A stretch of DNA of 63,625 bases, filler included, from Polymyxa betae A26-41 (GCA_003693705.1; 6 parts of 6 records of this genome joined end to end with filler, not necessarily neighbours in it); one strand, 5' to 3'; shown: positions 49,081 to 63,200, counted from the whole stretch's first letter. Numbers and translations are program-made. The notes: generated by a model from the sequence alone, not told the origin.

Positions 49081-52000
49081 AGCCCGCAAAGAAGGCGCGC
49101 GCGCAGACAAGGAGGTGAATGGCAATAAGAAGCGGGCCAGTACGGAGTCACGCGGAGCGCGGCCTCCTCAAAAGCGCCCGAAGATCGATGAAGAACGGGG
49201 GAAGAATATCGAGTGCTATCATTGCGAGGAGATAGGACATCCCGTCTACGCATGTCCGCAGAATCTCAGCACGGAGAAGATTGCGCAGATTCTAAAGGAT
49301 CGCAAGAAGAAGGCTGTTGATAATAAACAGAAGAAGAGTGATTATTTGTTGGTGTGTCGACTCGCTAGATGCGAAGGAATGGCGAATGGTCGAATTATGG
49401 CAAAAATAAATGAAGGAAATTACGTACCTGCGATTCTGGACAGCGGTACAACAGATGTTTGCCTCATACCTAGAACAATTGCGGAAGATGCAATGAAAAG
49501 TAGTGATTTAGAAGCGGAAAAATTGGCCCACCAGTTAAGCTACGACTTGGTGACAATGAAACCGAAATCGAGGCCAAGGAGGCAGTCACTGTGGTGATCA
49601 GATTGAAGACAAAGGTTGGCGAGCTGATCACTCGTAACACCGATGTCTCATCTGGGATGTTTCAATTGATGAGATTATCTTAGGCGGAGATTTTCTGAAG
49701 CAGTTGGGTATTGATCCGGAATCAGCTTTAGAAACGCTGATAATAGAAAACAATGGTAATTGTTTTGGTCAGAAAGAAGTAGTTACCAGTGACACAGAAG
49801 CCGAAAAGGAAATAGAAAACGGTCGGGAATTGCATTCAGAGGGAATGCAATTTTCGGAAGTCGATGACGTTATAATTGGAGAGGTCATCACAGAGGAAAT
49901 TGACAGTAGCCTAGAAGAAACTATTCGAAATGCTGCTACGAATCAACTGCCAGAAGAATGGCAGAATAAACTGAGACATTTGGTTAAAAAGTATGGCTCA
50001 GTCTGGCGTAAGAGTCTAGGTCCAGATTCGCCAGCAAAAGTATCAGTTTAAAACCCAAGTAAAGCCCAACGCAAAACCGTTCAAGTGTAGGGCAAGAAAA
50101 TATAGCACCGAAGACAGCGAATTTCTGAAAAAGTTTGTTGACGAACTAATGAAGTACGGTCTAGTTGAAGCAAATTACAACTCAGAATGGTCATCGCCAG
50201 CACTAGTTGTTAAAAAGTCAGATGGAGGTCGCAGAATGACCGTTGATCTGAGGGGAGTGAATGCTCTCTGCGAAAGTACGGTCTGGCCTATGCCATTTAT
50301 GGAAGCGATTGTTATACATCTAGCTGGATCCATATGCTGGTTCAAATTGGACGCTTTTAAAGGATTCTGGATGATGCCATTATCAGAAGAATGTAGAGAG
50401 ATGTTCTCTTTCATGACCGACAGGGGTGTGTTCACTCCATTCAGATCCATCCAAGGAGCACTGAATTCAGCTACACAGTTTCAGGCCAGAATGTCTGAAG
50501 TATTCAAAAGTTTACTTTATAAGAAACTAATTATTTGGATTGATGATCTATTGGGGTACTGCACTAGCTACGAAGATTGGTATAACAGTTTAGAAGAAAC
50601 CCTAAAAATAGCGGAGAAATACAACATTAAGCTTAATGTCTCAAAGTGCGACTTATTCACAAAGGAAGTGAAATTCTGTGGCAGAGAGTTCCCACCGGAA
50701 GGTGTCGAGCATGACTCTGCAAGAATAGAAGCGCTAATAGATATTCCGCAGCCGAGGACTGCTAGAGACCTGCAGCAGTTCCTAATGGCAGCTCAGTGGA
50801 TGAGCAGATCCATCCCAGATTATAATACAAAAGTTCATTTGCTCCAAAAAATCTTTGGAGAGTGCATGAAAAATATGCCGAGCAGGAAGAGAAGCGTGGC
50901 TCGACAAGTCAGATTGATGAAGTTTGGATGGAAGCCAGAGCACGCGTTAGCTTTTGAGAAGCTAAAAATGGCCATTGCGCAAAGTGCGAGACTCGGATAT
51001 CCGCGACAGGACCGAATCCAGTGTATGTTCACTGACGCCAATGATTATAACACATCCGGCATGGTTACGCAGATTCCGATCGAGGATGCTGAGAAACCTG
51101 TAGAACTGCAAAGACACGAACCTCTCGGCTTTGTAGGACACAGATTCAATGCGACCGAAGTGAATTGGTCAGTTGGGGAAAAAGAAGGATTCGCAATCAA
51201 AGATACAATGCAAAAATTAGATTACCTTTTGCAAATGAAGAGACCATTTAAATTGTTTGTCGACCATAAAAATTTAGTTCAAATATTCTCGCCAAAAGAA
51301 GTCTCTAAGCCAACTGCTCAGAAGTTGCAGAGATGGGCTTTAGAGTTACAGAGGTTCAATTACGAAATTGAACATATTAGTGGCGAAGACAATGTTTGGG
51401 CAGATCTAATGACACGATGGGGAGCGCCAAGTTTAGAAGCGGACTGGACAGAGAAGCTCGCCGTAAATGTACGAAGAATTGCTAAAGCGACTATATCGGA
51501 AGAAATGAGAATTCGGCCACTGCAAAGAGAAGAGTTCAGATGGCCTAGTATTGAAGAAATTAAAATAGAACAGAAATGGCTCGAAGAATCGAAATTTGTT
51601 AATACAAACTCAGAAGGACTGGTAGTTACGAAATCTGGAAAGATAGTAATTCCGGAGAAAAGTGAAGATTTGAAGATTAGATTGTGTATTATTGCACATA
51701 GTGGGGGTAATAGTGGCCATCTTGGCTACCAGGCAGCAACCCGGAAACTCGCCGAATTTTGTTGGTGGAAGGGTTGTGAAAAAGTTATGTTACATCTATG
51801 TAACACGTGTCTACATTGCCTGCCGACAAGAGGCGGGGTACGGATCCCGCAACCACTGGGAGAAGCCGTTCACGGTACGCAACGGAATGAGGTCTTACAT
51901 ATGGACTGGATATATGTCATGCCGGCCCCGCATAAGGGCCCACATGAATTCCAGTGGAACCTGATTTTGAGAGAAGATCTCACAGGTATGATAAAAATTA

Positions 52001-53434
52001 CTCCAGCGCAAACGCCGAACACTGCTGTAACGGTAGAAGCGCTATTAGAATGGAGAGCGCTGTTTGGAAGCCCGAAGATGATAGTCACGGACATGGGATC
52101 GTACTTCACGTCCGAAGTGATGAAAGAATCTGCAAGAAGATGCAACATGAGACAGCATCTGACGGTTGCATATGGGCATTATAACAACGGCTCAATAGAA
52201 GTTATAAACAAAAACTTTTTATTGTTAATCAGAGCCCTGTTGTCAGAGCTGAGATGGGAGAAGCATGACTGGCCCTATCTCAATCACAACATTGAGCATA
52301 CTATCAATCACAGAGAGCAGACTCGACTCAATGGTTATGCACCAATCACAGTGATGAGCGGTCTAAAACCGGATAACCCGTTAACAGAAGTGTCCCATAA
52401 TCCAAATCAGAAGACGAAATCTGAAAGTCCCTTGGAAAAATTGCATATTGAAAAATGCGTGAAGAGTTTGGAAAGTGCGTTAGTAGAAATGCACAGGAAA
52501 GTAACGGAGAAGTCAGCAAAACTGCGTGCTAAAAAACGTGCGCAGAAAGATCAGTTTAGAAGAACACCAAAATTTTCAGGTTGGTGATTATGTCTTAATT
52601 GGACTACCAGAGCCGAACATAGCGGGCAAGAAGCTGTTCCTTAAATGGAGAGGCCCGTACCGTATTACAGATACACAAAATAATTATGTTTTTGAAGTCG
52701 AAAATATAATTGATAAGAAGAAAAAAATTGTTCATGGTGACAGAGTGCGATATTATGATGACGGGAAGTTAAATGTTACAGAAGAAATGAAAGCGCAGTT
52801 CGCTCATGACAATTTTTCTTATGAAGTTAAGGAGTTTATTGGAGCCCGTATAAGTACCGAAACTGGGAAGCTACAGTTTTTGGTTGAATGGAAAGGATTT
52901 ACATCTGACGATAACTCCTGGGAAGATCTAGAAAATCTTAACGTAGATGTTCCAGTACTAGTCGCTAAGTATGCTAAAAAACTGAAGTCAGAAAATCACA
53001 TATTGTCTGAAGACATTTTCAGATTTATTAACCAGAAGAGCTGATTGTTGGGAGTCAAGCTTTTGTCCCACATGGCCCATGGGTTTTTGATGCGATATCC
53101 TGAAATCAGCGAATAGAAGAATACACATGTGATAATGGCGCCATTAAATGTGTATAGAAGCGGTTTCACAAGAAGTTAAAATAATTTTTGAAAAAGGGGA
53201 ATGTATCAATATATATTTTATCTCTAAGTAGAAATAAAAAGTGCGCTAATAGAAGGAAGTGCGCAACTCACGCAGCATCTAGAAAAATGTCTCCATTGTC
53301 AAAAGCCCTGGACTACAAGCTGGAAAGGCCAGATTCACATTCCGACGGAAGTTGCGTCCGGACTGCGAGATACCGAGACTACCCTGGCCCTGACTAGCTG
53401 CCGAAATACAGATTCCATTTACAGCACTGTTACA
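49081..53434 (+). mobile_element. Ty3/Gypsy chromovirus-type LTR retrotransposon; 5' end lost in the gap, a few frameshifts
   Basis: Gag knuckle CYHCEEIGHPVYAC, protease AILDSG, RT (WFKLDAFKGFW, WIDDLL), RNase H (FTDA, FVDHKNL, NVWADLMTR), integrase (H-H-C-C, LHMDW, VTDMGSYF, GSIE), KWRGPY and chromodomain FLVEWKGFTSDDNSWE. Confidence 0.96.
53202..53434 (+). repeat. Probable 3' LTR of the Gypsy element
   Basis: Follows the polypurine tract GAAAAAGGGGAA; begins TGTATCA and ends TGTTACA (end inferred). Confidence 0.6.
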
Positions 53435-53521
53435 AAAGTCTGTCTCTTTAGTAGAAAGTGCTATAGCCGACCGGCAAGCTGGGTTCTATTGTCAGGATTC
53501 GAGCGATGCAAATTTTCACAA

Positions 53522-53806
53522 GTAAACGTCAGAGTGTTAATTTTGTAACGAAATGAGATCCTGTTTGTCGTAGGCAATAATGCCGAGGAGAATGCTCTCG
53601 CTGTGTTTCTAGTCACAGATGGCGTTAGTGGTTGGCGAGTTGGCTTTATGCCCAGACATTTTGTGTTTTTGAAACACCGATACGATAGGAAGCTTGCGAA
53701 AGTCATTGAAGATCTTTCGGTCTCCGATTTGGAAGCTGATCGAGCAAATTCCAACAGGAATCGTGGGCAGCTACGCGCGATGCTACTTCCTGATGAACTG
53801 TATTAA
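53522..53806 (+). pseudogene. HIRAN-like domain fragment
   Basis: NNAEENALAVFLVTDGVSGWRVGFMPRH resembles the HIRAN NA-x-x-V ... VG(Y/F)xP motif. One upstream in-frame stop. Confidence 0.35.
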
Positions 53807-53826
53807 AAATAAACAAAAATCGAAGG

Positions 53827-53862
53827 TAGGGTTCCGATCGGTACCGTTCGGGTCGGGTACCG
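53827..53862 (+). mobile_element. Isolated terminus related to the TAGGGCTCCGATCGG hAT family
   Basis: TAGGGTTCCGATCGG followed by TCGGGTCGGGT subterminal motifs. Confidence 0.5.
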
Positions 53863-54260
53863 CCCTTCTACCGAAGCACATAAAGACAGAAAGGCTCAGA
53901 AAAAACCAAAATTTCATTATAACAGCTCTTCTGTCATTTCAATACTTTAAAGCGCATTCCCCAAATATCAGGGCACTTAAAGTTTCATGTTTATGAGTCA
54001 ATGAATGGCAAGACCAATTTATTCACGACCGCAGTTCATAATCATCTCCACTGAGACCGATGAACCTGGATAGAGAGAATATCTTTCCCAACGTCACTAA
54101 AACCCGACTGAATCGACCTAAGTGCCGTCGCAAGGAAGGCTGAGATACTTATCAACTTCGTCAATGATCTCACCAATTAAAAAGCAAAGGTGATTGTCCC
54201 ATCTGTGCCTGTCTTGCTTATCTGATCGTAAGCAGTCGCCTTGGGTTTATCGGCTGTTGA

Positions 54261-54692
54261 CAGCCCTCTTTAAATAGGTTCCAGAACCTATCTACCTTAA
54301 AATGCTTATTTAGGGCTTGCCATCAATTTTATTTAAGGCTAATTAAGGCAAGAGTGATTGATAGTATTGCTGCAATAAAAGACACTGTGGAAAATCGGCT
54401 TATAATGAAAGTAAAGTGAAAAACTGACCCTCTTCTATAATTCCTTCAAGTGAAAGATCCGACAAGGACATCCGGAGTGATATTTTCTCACCTTTGATGG
54501 TCGGAAAATCGGCTTTCACTCTAGCAAGTGTTCTGAAATTCTATAGCTATGCCTCCACAGAACATTTCTAGGGATTGAACTCGCCCAGTGAACATCTTTC
54601 ATCGAAGCAAGCGTCTACAGCAGCTTTAGTATGTCGCTCTTCATTGTATCCAGCACGTAATGTACAGGAATCGTCGTCAATCCATTGGGTAT
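54261..54692 (-). mobile_element. Partial second copy of the hAT derivative at 10345
   Basis: About 430 bp closely matching 10345-10776, starting at the same TIR base. Confidence 0.9.
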
Positions 54693-56051
54693 AGAGCACT
54701 TCACTACGTAGTAATAAACGAGTCTGTGATAGNNNNNNNNNNNNNNNNNNNNNNNNNNNNNNNNNNNNNNNNNNNNTTAATTAATTAANNNNNNNNNNNN
54801 NNNNNNNNNNNNNNNNNNNNNNNNNNNNNNNNTGTCAGATAGTTACGTAGCGAATGTTGTAGGCAGATTAGTAGAATGAATGTATTCATCAGATAATAAA
54901 TCACCAGTGTTCCTCCGCAGCTTCACTATCCTAAAGCATTTCGTTACACGTCAGGATGTAAACAAATTGAGGATCTATACCTCATCGGTCTCCTGGCGGG
55001 GAGCCTGCCGATTGGAAATCTGTGGTAATGATCGCAACACGACATGAATGGCGGACGAACCATCGATCCTAGCAGCCCTGCTGTCATGGGAATAGCAAGG
55101 AGAGGGATGCAGTTAATCTAGCCTATCAGATTGCAGGGATAAAAATAATAGAATCTGCGCGCGTATAGAAACATTTCCAGCATTGTATCTTATGGAGATG
55201 TTGTCCAAGCCTCACCCAGATACTGGTGAATCCATCTCAATATACAAGAAGTTTCCGGCTTCTTGAAAGGAAGTAAAAGCATCTCTTCTGAGAGACATTT
55301 TGTGCAATTCATACTGCTTTATTTGGAATCATACCCCAACGGACATTGCATTTTCGTGTTGGATCTCAAAAACGCGCAAGGCGCTTTGCCATAATTCAAG
55401 AAAAAACTCGAGATCGTTCCTATATTCGCACATTTCGTACGATTTACAGGTATCCCGTTCGCCTCGAACTTGCATCGAGACTGATTATACAATCAAACAG
55501 AGGTCAAGGATGAGATGATGATAGAATGGGTCCATGGCAACCTATTTTACTGTCATTACGTTCCGCTCCACCAGGAGGCAAAGGACGTAAACGTACTACA
55601 AAAGGCACAAGTACGTACTTCTCATAATCAATGATATGTAATAGGCAGCAGCATAGTGTTATAAACAGATTTGAAAACATTGATGATCGCGTTGGCCCAT
55701 CCGATTCATTTCATACTTGACCTTAGCAGCAACAGCACGACCCATCAATGCATCGAGTCCTTTCAGGCAATCAACCACTCCCTAGTGTATGAAAAGTTCA
55801 GAATCGGCAACGTTTGTTCGACCATTTGACGAATGGAAGACGGCTTGGCTTTCAAATTAAATGGTGCGGTAGCAATCGGATTACGACTTTGCAAGACATG
55901 CATTCTGCTTATAGCAAGTTAGGAAGTTGATCAGATGGTCAATCTGGATCAGCAAGAGCCTCAGGCTCAGAGTCAGTTACGGAAGATGGTATCGATTGCT
56001 CGAGTTGAGTTAGTCCGATCAAACTGTTATGAACTAACGCACGCTAAATAA

Positions 56052-56594
56052 GAGATATCCGTAAACGTAGCCAAACTGCCGTAGTCACCCGCAGTTTCTC
56101 CAAACTAACCGTGGGCTGCACCAAAAATGCTGCGGAGCCTCCATACAAAAAAATTTATGGTGAAACTGACATGACTACCGAATCTGGGGGTGGCATAATT
56201 TCGCCTTCAGTTTTGGACCGCGGGCTGCGCCAGCATTGAAGGGAGCCATTTTCAGCATCTGTTCTGGCTACGTCTGCCTGTCCGATTCTGGTGACGTTAC
56301 TGCAGGAATGTCATGTTCCTTGGGCCTCCACAGTCTTCATATGGAGAGCTGTGCTGACCGCTTTGCTTCGGGTTTAGTCGAAGCCGTCGTCTACAGCAGC
56401 ATCAGAACCGTCGTCACGGGCGATCTCGTCCCAAATATTCGTTAATGACACAAGAAATACAGTCTTTTAAAAAACTGCCGGCGAAATTTTGAAATCTGGG
56501 ACCAGTTTGCGGATTCCAGCACAAACTGCTGGTCACCGCGTTTGTTAAAAAATAAACTGTCGGTGAAACTGCGGTCGACGTTTACGGATGTCCC
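56052..56594. mobile_element. Probable MITE (Tourist-like)
   Basis: Imperfect TIRs around ATCCGTAAACGT / ACGTTTACGGAT, flanks TAA and TAT, repeated AAACTG subterminal motifs. Confidence 0.5.
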
Positions 56595-56629
56595 TATTGT
56601 CTATAAGTTGTCCTTCAGTTTCTGAAGTA

Positions 56630-57950
56630 GAAACTATTTCTATATGCATATTTGCTAATCTTGATTGCAATTGATCAACCGAGTCAGAGATCAATCCCTT
56701 GAGTACTGATCTCAACGCCACTAATTGCCATTGATTTTGGACAATAAAAGACTGTATCCAAAGGGCTGTCAGCCGGTAATCCCGTCACCACTTTAATAGG
56801 AACATGGCCTCCATGGCGTCTCTGAGGAGAGTTTAATCAAGCAAAGCCAATCAGCCATATCGAGAAGTAGCTCAGATATTAACTTCGTAATAAATTTAAT
56901 ATTTGACGAATAACAATTTCTATCGTACCATTAAAATAATGGGAACGCTGTAACATAATGCTGCTCAGTTCCCAAACGCTGGGTAAGAAGTTTCATTACT
57001 GTTGACATGGAATAAGCTGCCTGGTCAGAACCAAATATTTTCTTGCTTCCAAAGAGAGAACGCCATTGCATCAATGAATCTTGTGTCATCACTAATGGGA
57101 ATAATAACAGGTTTTGATGAAATTAACCCCGATAAATTTTCTCTGTTCACAAAGATCCATTGATGGTTTACCGAGCTTTCACTTAGGAACTTGATATTGG
57201 TTATAAACATGTAAAACCTCATTTGGTTTTGTGCCTTGGCAAGCTGCTCCCAGGGGACGAGGAATCCGATTTCCTTTCGTATACCTAATTGGAAGACAGT
57301 GCAGGCAAGAAATGCTGTCATGAATCACATGATTAACATCCTGCTCCATTCCAATCCAATACACCCACTTTGTAACAGAGATAATGAATTTTTTGTAGAT
57401 ACTGTACGAAGTTACATTTGCATTTACAATAGAATGGCCCATTTCATGTAACAGATATCTTTAATAGTAGCATTTTTGAAGACGAAACTATTTTGTCAAT
57501 GGTACAAAAAGGATGTTCATGTCACATGTGGACCGAATTAGATATTATACTGATAGACAGATATAACTGAAGAAATAAAGATAATTTCTCTTATGATAAT
57601 GCAAACTATGAGGTCGAACGGTTTCGAGACTGCCGTTTTAATTCTGATCCTCAGCAGATTGAATTCTTGGAAATGTTTCACTCAAACAGAAAGCATCAGG
57701 GAGCTGTTAGAGAGTCTTTGGACAGATGCTCCTAATTTGGTACAACTTTATCATAACGATTTAAAGTTTTCATATCATGAATTAGCAGGTATTGTTCTTG
57801 AGGATCTTAAGAAGTGGATTTTGAAGGAGTTCTATGGTTTTTTCCATTCTCTCGACCGATGGTTCTGTATGCCGCAACTCAGGATTTGCCTGATACTGTA
57901 TCAGATTTATTTAAAATAATATAAAACTTCAGATTTCCCAAAAGAGTACG
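56630..57950 (-). mobile_element. Highly degenerate Gypsy integrase remnant related to the 49-53 kb element
   Basis: YWIGMEQDV..CLHCLPIR..RIPRPLGAACQGTKPNEVLH parallels CLHCLPTRGGVRIPQPLGEAVHGTQRNEVLH. Confidence 0.75.
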
Positions 57951-59908
57951 CAGTTTGATGAACTGCGTTTGCATGGATTCTTTCCAAAATAAGCTGTTCA
58001 AGAAGTCTGTATTATATTCACCGTTATAAATTTAGATGAATCGTCACTAGTCATCCTGCGCCAATCATTCAGATCACGTTCAGAATCAGGAACTTGGCCG
58101 CGCAAAATCCCCATACACTACCTCCTCCAAAACAAATTTTGACTGAGGAAGCGCTAAATTTGTGATAGCAGTAAAATATTAGATCACAACAATACATGTT
58201 AGAAGCACCAGTAAAACCGCCCCCCGTCAAACCCTGTGGGATGAAACCTGGTTTTGGAGAAAAGTTCACTTATGTATGCTCTTTTAAAGAGAGCGATAAT
58301 AGCAAAAACTACACAGCGACCAGACAATGAAACTATTACTGTGAAAGCACAGCTGATTAGACGAATGGGCTAAATAAACAGCAATATTTGAAAAAAGTTA
58401 CTTCAGCGATCAAAGAGTGATCGTTCTTACCTGGATTTGCAGGAATTTGCTGTCAAAAAAGTTATCTTACCTGGAACGTATGCCGTCTGCGGCCACAGGA
58501 GCCCTTTAATCAGCAACAGACTGTTAACAAGAGTGTTTATGATGGATCAAGGATACCTGTGACAAAAGTCAACCTACAAATTATTTAAAATACCAGGAAT
58601 TTATTCTGAATCCGGCCACAAGGAATCCTTTATCAGAGTCAGACTAATAGCAAGCAAGTATGTGATGGATACCTGTTCCGTGTGATACAAGTACCGCGAC
58701 GCATCAGATCACAGCCAATATAGATTGAATGACCGATCAACATTGAAGGCCCGCCTGCCAGACACCACGCATCAAGCTGGGTGCTCATCGTGACAAAACA
58801 AGGCGTGTCTGTTCTAAGCCACAATCTGATTGGTAGATCTAGGATCAGTTAGCCATGTCCATCCGCGCGCATTTTAATCAGAGTAGCCTTGGTAACCAAG
58901 CCGCCATCTGATTGGCTAGAAAGTCTAAGCAGCTAGCATCATCAAAACGGTTATTTCCTGGATTTATTGAAATGTTCTATCGTTGGAAAACGAGTTCCTC
59001 GATGCAATCGTCTCTTTACAATATCGCTCATGAGTCATGAACATTGAAAGTTGTTTCCATTTTCTATTTGTTTGAGTAATTTTCTCCCATTTTTGTCTAC
59101 GATTAGAGATACAAAAAATGGTCGTGAACTCGTGATGCGGCGAAAAAGGCACTGTCAACAGAAAAGATTAAGAACCTTTTACATCTGCAGAGGAATACGT
59201 TGAACATATTCAAATACATAGCATGCAATTGGCTAATCCTGCTAATTGCTTAGGGTTTTATTGGGTTATCGAAATACACTGCTCATGTAGATAAAATCAC
59301 TATGTCAACTTGATATGCTTTGATGCTCAATCAGCTGTATATTCGCTGACTTCTGATTGGGATATGAGGAACCTCGTCTTAGCTACCTAGCACTGACCAT
59401 ACTCTCAGAAAATCGGTTACGCATACCAAATGTCTCCATTTATTTCAAACGAGGACGAAAAAGCCATGCGTATCAATTTACGAAAACTTCCTGTAAATGA
59501 TCCATTCATTAATAAATTAAAACCGGCCAAAGCTTGGATGTGATATATATATATATTGCTGATCTCCAGAACCGATAGCGACGAAAAGATGGCGCTTGTA
59601 TATTAATCTATTTAATGTATAAAGAGTAGCCTGTATAAATTCCATTCGAAGTTTATCATTCAGTATCCACCGATTTATAGATCGGTACGTATCGTTAGGT
59701 TATTAGACTTCCAGTCACATGTTTTTCTGAACTCCAATGAGTGAGTCGCATCGAAACAAGCTCTTGGAATTCATTTTTTCATCAAGATCAATTGGTTATG
59801 TATGCTGGTTTTTGGACAAGGGAAGCAACAACAAAGCAACGCACTCGAACCGAGCAGGAAGGATTAGCCAATTTCACCTTTTGTTTTAAAATTTCGAAGA
59901 TATATATC

Positions 59909-60528
59909 TAGGGCTCCGATCGGGTTCGGGTAGTATCCGAAAAACCCGGGTCGGGTCGGATTCGGGTCGGGTTCGGGTAGCGGGTCGATACCCGACCCGA
60001 CTACCCGACAGTATCCGACGGTTAAAAATTTGGGTTGTATAAACCGCGCACGGATTAACGTTCAGATCCCATTTATGTATTTTGTCAAGTTGCATCATTG
60101 CAGTCACGAATATTGCAACCCGCAAGAGCAAAGCACCCATTTCTTCACCGACGCTTTCACAACTATTCAAAAAAAGGACTTCAATATTGTGTATCAGATT
60201 TGAGGTTCTCTAAACCTCCGTACGCAGTATGGTGCGTACTATCTGATTATATAAACGATAAGACCAGTAATTACTACCAGTATGGACTGTGTAGTATAGC
60301 TGTCTCAAATCTGCGACAATTACGAAACTGGGTCAATCCACGATGCGGATTGATCCTGCGGACTGATCCTATGGAAGTATCCACGGAGTCCGAATTGCCA
60401 CTGGGAGAGCCGACTCTCGCCACTGGTGTCCGAGTGGCGGCAGAGACTGCGTGAGTCGCTCGCGGAGTCCGGAAAGTCCGGAACTACTCTTGAAGGGCCT
60501 GAACGAGGTTTGAGGCCTGATATTGAAT
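59909..60528 (+). mobile_element. Left end of a longer hAT-family element, cut by the gap
   Basis: Starts TAGGGCTCCGATCGGGTTCGGGTA, identical to the 55-bp element, followed by an array of TCGGGT/ACCCGA motifs. Confidence 0.7.
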
Positions 60529-60628
60529 NNNNNNNNNNNNNNNNNNNNNNNNNNNNNNNNNNNNNNNNNNNNTTAATTAATTAANNNNNNNNNNNNNNNN
60601 NNNNNNNNNNNNNNNNNNNNNNNNNNNN

Positions 60629-61600
60629 TGAACGACAGATTGCCACACGCTTGTGATAGGGTTTCGATGGCCGCGAAAGGAGATAGCGAATGGAAAACAA
60701 ATGAAGCCTCAATTTATGATATTGCTAAGCCCCACTTACACGCTTTGCTGAGGCACTTACGTTACCACGACGAATTCGCAAAGATCCCAACCGGGAGCGC
60801 GATTAAGAAACGTATCCCAATATTGGCAGAAGTAAACGCCAGAGACGTTCAAAATCGAGCAGACATATTCTGGAGAGGGTGTAAGTTTGATAAACAAAAC
60901 TACACGTCTCTTATCCATATATAGTCAAGGGCGAAACCGACGAGTTTGTTGACCTTTTTGACGCATATCCTGCTGATGTTAAAATGCTGTATCCAGAACC
61001 GTCGTCTCCGAAACCAACAAAGATGGCTGCTACAAATTGCTCAACTCCAGGGGTTTTAGGAGGAAAGCGGCCACTAAGCAATCCAACTCCGAGCCCTCGT
61101 GAATTGAAACCTGTTGCATGTGCCTTAAACCCTAATCCTCAACTGTCGCAGTCATCATGCGGCCCTGTTTTAATTGCAAGCGATAATCGTTTGAGAATGC
61201 ACCATCTGATGCACTACAAAAATCATCAGGCCGGACGAGAACATAAAATTGTCATCTTTATGCTGTTCCCAGGTACGGTCATCCACGAGGAATTAAGCAA
61301 AGACGGCAATGGCCAATGAGGTATGCTATATCATTCGAACTCCTGATCGCTTGACCTCAAAACACTTCCAAAACAAAACAAAGATTAGTGAAGAAAATTA
61401 TGAAGTCAACGATGATGACCAACGACAATGCATGATGTCGTATTTCAAGACATATGAGCCGGAAGAGTTCGTGTACAAGGTCGAGCTTCCTTACGCGGTG
61501 ATGATTCATGCCGATTCGATAGAGCGCTGGTGGGGGGGTTAAGGGTGGGCGTGCTATGGTGACGGATTGCATTCACCAGTGTGACGAAGACTACAGCTAG
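60629..61600 (+). pseudogene. Fragmented ORF, probably a transposon accessory gene related to 6320-7169
   Basis: MSYFKTYEPEEFVYKVELPYA..GRAMVT..CDED resembles QKHFREHERLLLNYEIELMKA..IRLMVT..DDEE. Confidence 0.35.
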
Positions 61601-61875
61601 GTATTCAATTCAATCATTATAAGCATCTGAACTGAGTGTGTGTCAGAGAGGCTGGTCAATTTTAACCATCGCAATTTTTCCATTAATGAAATTTTGGGTG
61701 GCCTGTGCTGATAGATATTAAACTCTTTGAGTTTACCTCACCTCCCAGATCGTAATGAATTGTGTTTTATTTCCAGCTCGAGTCCAGCTTCATTCAGCTC
61801 AGTCCGTACGGACACCGAACGGACCTCTGGGAAATCGAGCCCATTATTATTAAAGNNNNNNNNNNNNNNNNNNNN

Positions 61876-62372
61876 TCAGTCTTCGAGTCTTATTGCGATC
61901 GCAACTGCTTACGCTATTTTTGGGAAAATCAGAAGTTATGTAATTTTTAATAAATCTGATACAAAGCAGAAAGCGTAAATTGTTTGCAACCATGCAGGAG
62001 GCCAAACGGAAGGATGTCGAACGAGCATTTGGAATGCTGCAGGCCCGCTTTCATGTTTTGACTTCACCCTGTAAGTTGTGTTTTCGCGATATACAATGTA
62101 TTTAGTTATGAAAACTTGCGTCATCCTGCATAATCTAATTCTTGATTACGAGAAAGATCACGGTCTCGAGATGGTAACCATATAAATGACAAAAAGTTCG
62201 CGCCCAAGCATCCTTTCACAGTTTGTGCCCGAAGATGAGATAAATTTATTTCTGACGAAGCAACTATCTCGTATCCTAAGATGCTGCAATGCATCAACAA
62301 TTACGGGATGATTTAATTGAACATCTATGGAATCATGCTCGCCAAATCGAAGACTCAGTGTATGTTTGTTAA
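61876..62372 (+). pseudogene. 3' end of a PIF/Harbinger (Plant_tran-type) transposase
   Basis: FATMQEAKRKDVERAFGMLQARFHVL, MKTCVILHNLI, HQQLRDDLIEHLW. Confidence 0.85.
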
Positions 62373-62385
62373 AACTTATGAAAGA

Positions 62386-63200
62386 TTAAGCTACTCTTCT
62401 TTGTGTTTTGAAGCTGAGCAAGCTCCTACTTCTTACGAGCTAATGCCATTTTAACATCAAGTAGAGCTTCTTCCTGTTTAATGTTCAGGAATCGCTGGGG
62501 CTTCACAAGAATCCGGCTTTAGAGCGAGCAGCAAAAATGTCAGCTGCTCCTATTGCAAAGCTGTACGTACTTGTGAATTCTCTCCCATCCAATTGTACAG
62601 AGCAGTACATCTGTGGACTTCAAGTCCTGTTCATATTTCAGTTTCTTCGCCGCCTTTTTTCCGATCTCTTGGACGTGGGGTCATTTTCAAGGAACGTCGG
62701 GAAGAACATGATCCCAGGCATCTGTTCAGCCAGGTCTGGGACATTCTCATCCACGTTATCGAACTGTTCCTCCTCGACGTCTTCGTCTAATTGAAGAGCT
62801 TTCTTCATCTGTGAGCTCATACCTTCAGTTCTGATACAACTTCGGCATGTTTTTTAACCTCGATCCAACATAGTTCGTGAGAAGCTTTTTTTTGTTTCTG
62901 CCTGGAACGACTTTTTCGCAAGATGAATATAGTTCTCCATTGTCGATTCAGATTGGTATGTTTCCACTAGCCTTGTTTATGCAGGCACTGAATTTCAAGA
63001 GAGCTTTTTGTATAGTATTTGTCCAAAGGTTTTTAACTGCATCGGCGGATCAGTCCTGGATTTTACCGTCTCCCATCAAAACAGCAAAACGTTCGCTGAT
63101 TCTATTGTAGAATGCATCGCTATCTTGATCGGTCCCAACAGAAGCGTCTGTGGTGATCTCTCGATAGGCAATAGTGATATTCACGTCTTCGTTACCCTGA
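62386..63200 (-). pseudogene. Degenerate convergent partner gene (NAM-associated-like) of the Plant_tran element
   Basis: ESTMENYIHLAKKSFQAETKKSF followed by CWIEVKKH, an acidic stretch and a coiled C-terminus, across several frames. Confidence 0.55.

Noticed and set aside
49500-52590. Programmed frameshifting in the Gypsy element
   Set aside because: Shifts fall inside the protease and after the integrase core, not at a gag/pol boundary; more likely mutation or homopolymer error.
58420-58935. Paired direct repeats (GGCCACA..CCTTTA..CAG; ATCTGATTGG twice) and the 33-bp duplication at about 42906-42985
   Set aside because: Short local duplications with no supportable function.
17571-60628. 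Recurrent TTAATTAATTAA palindrome inside N runs (five sites)
   Set aside because: Artificial scaffolding linker. ORFs crossing it are not real, and adjacency across these gaps is unverified.
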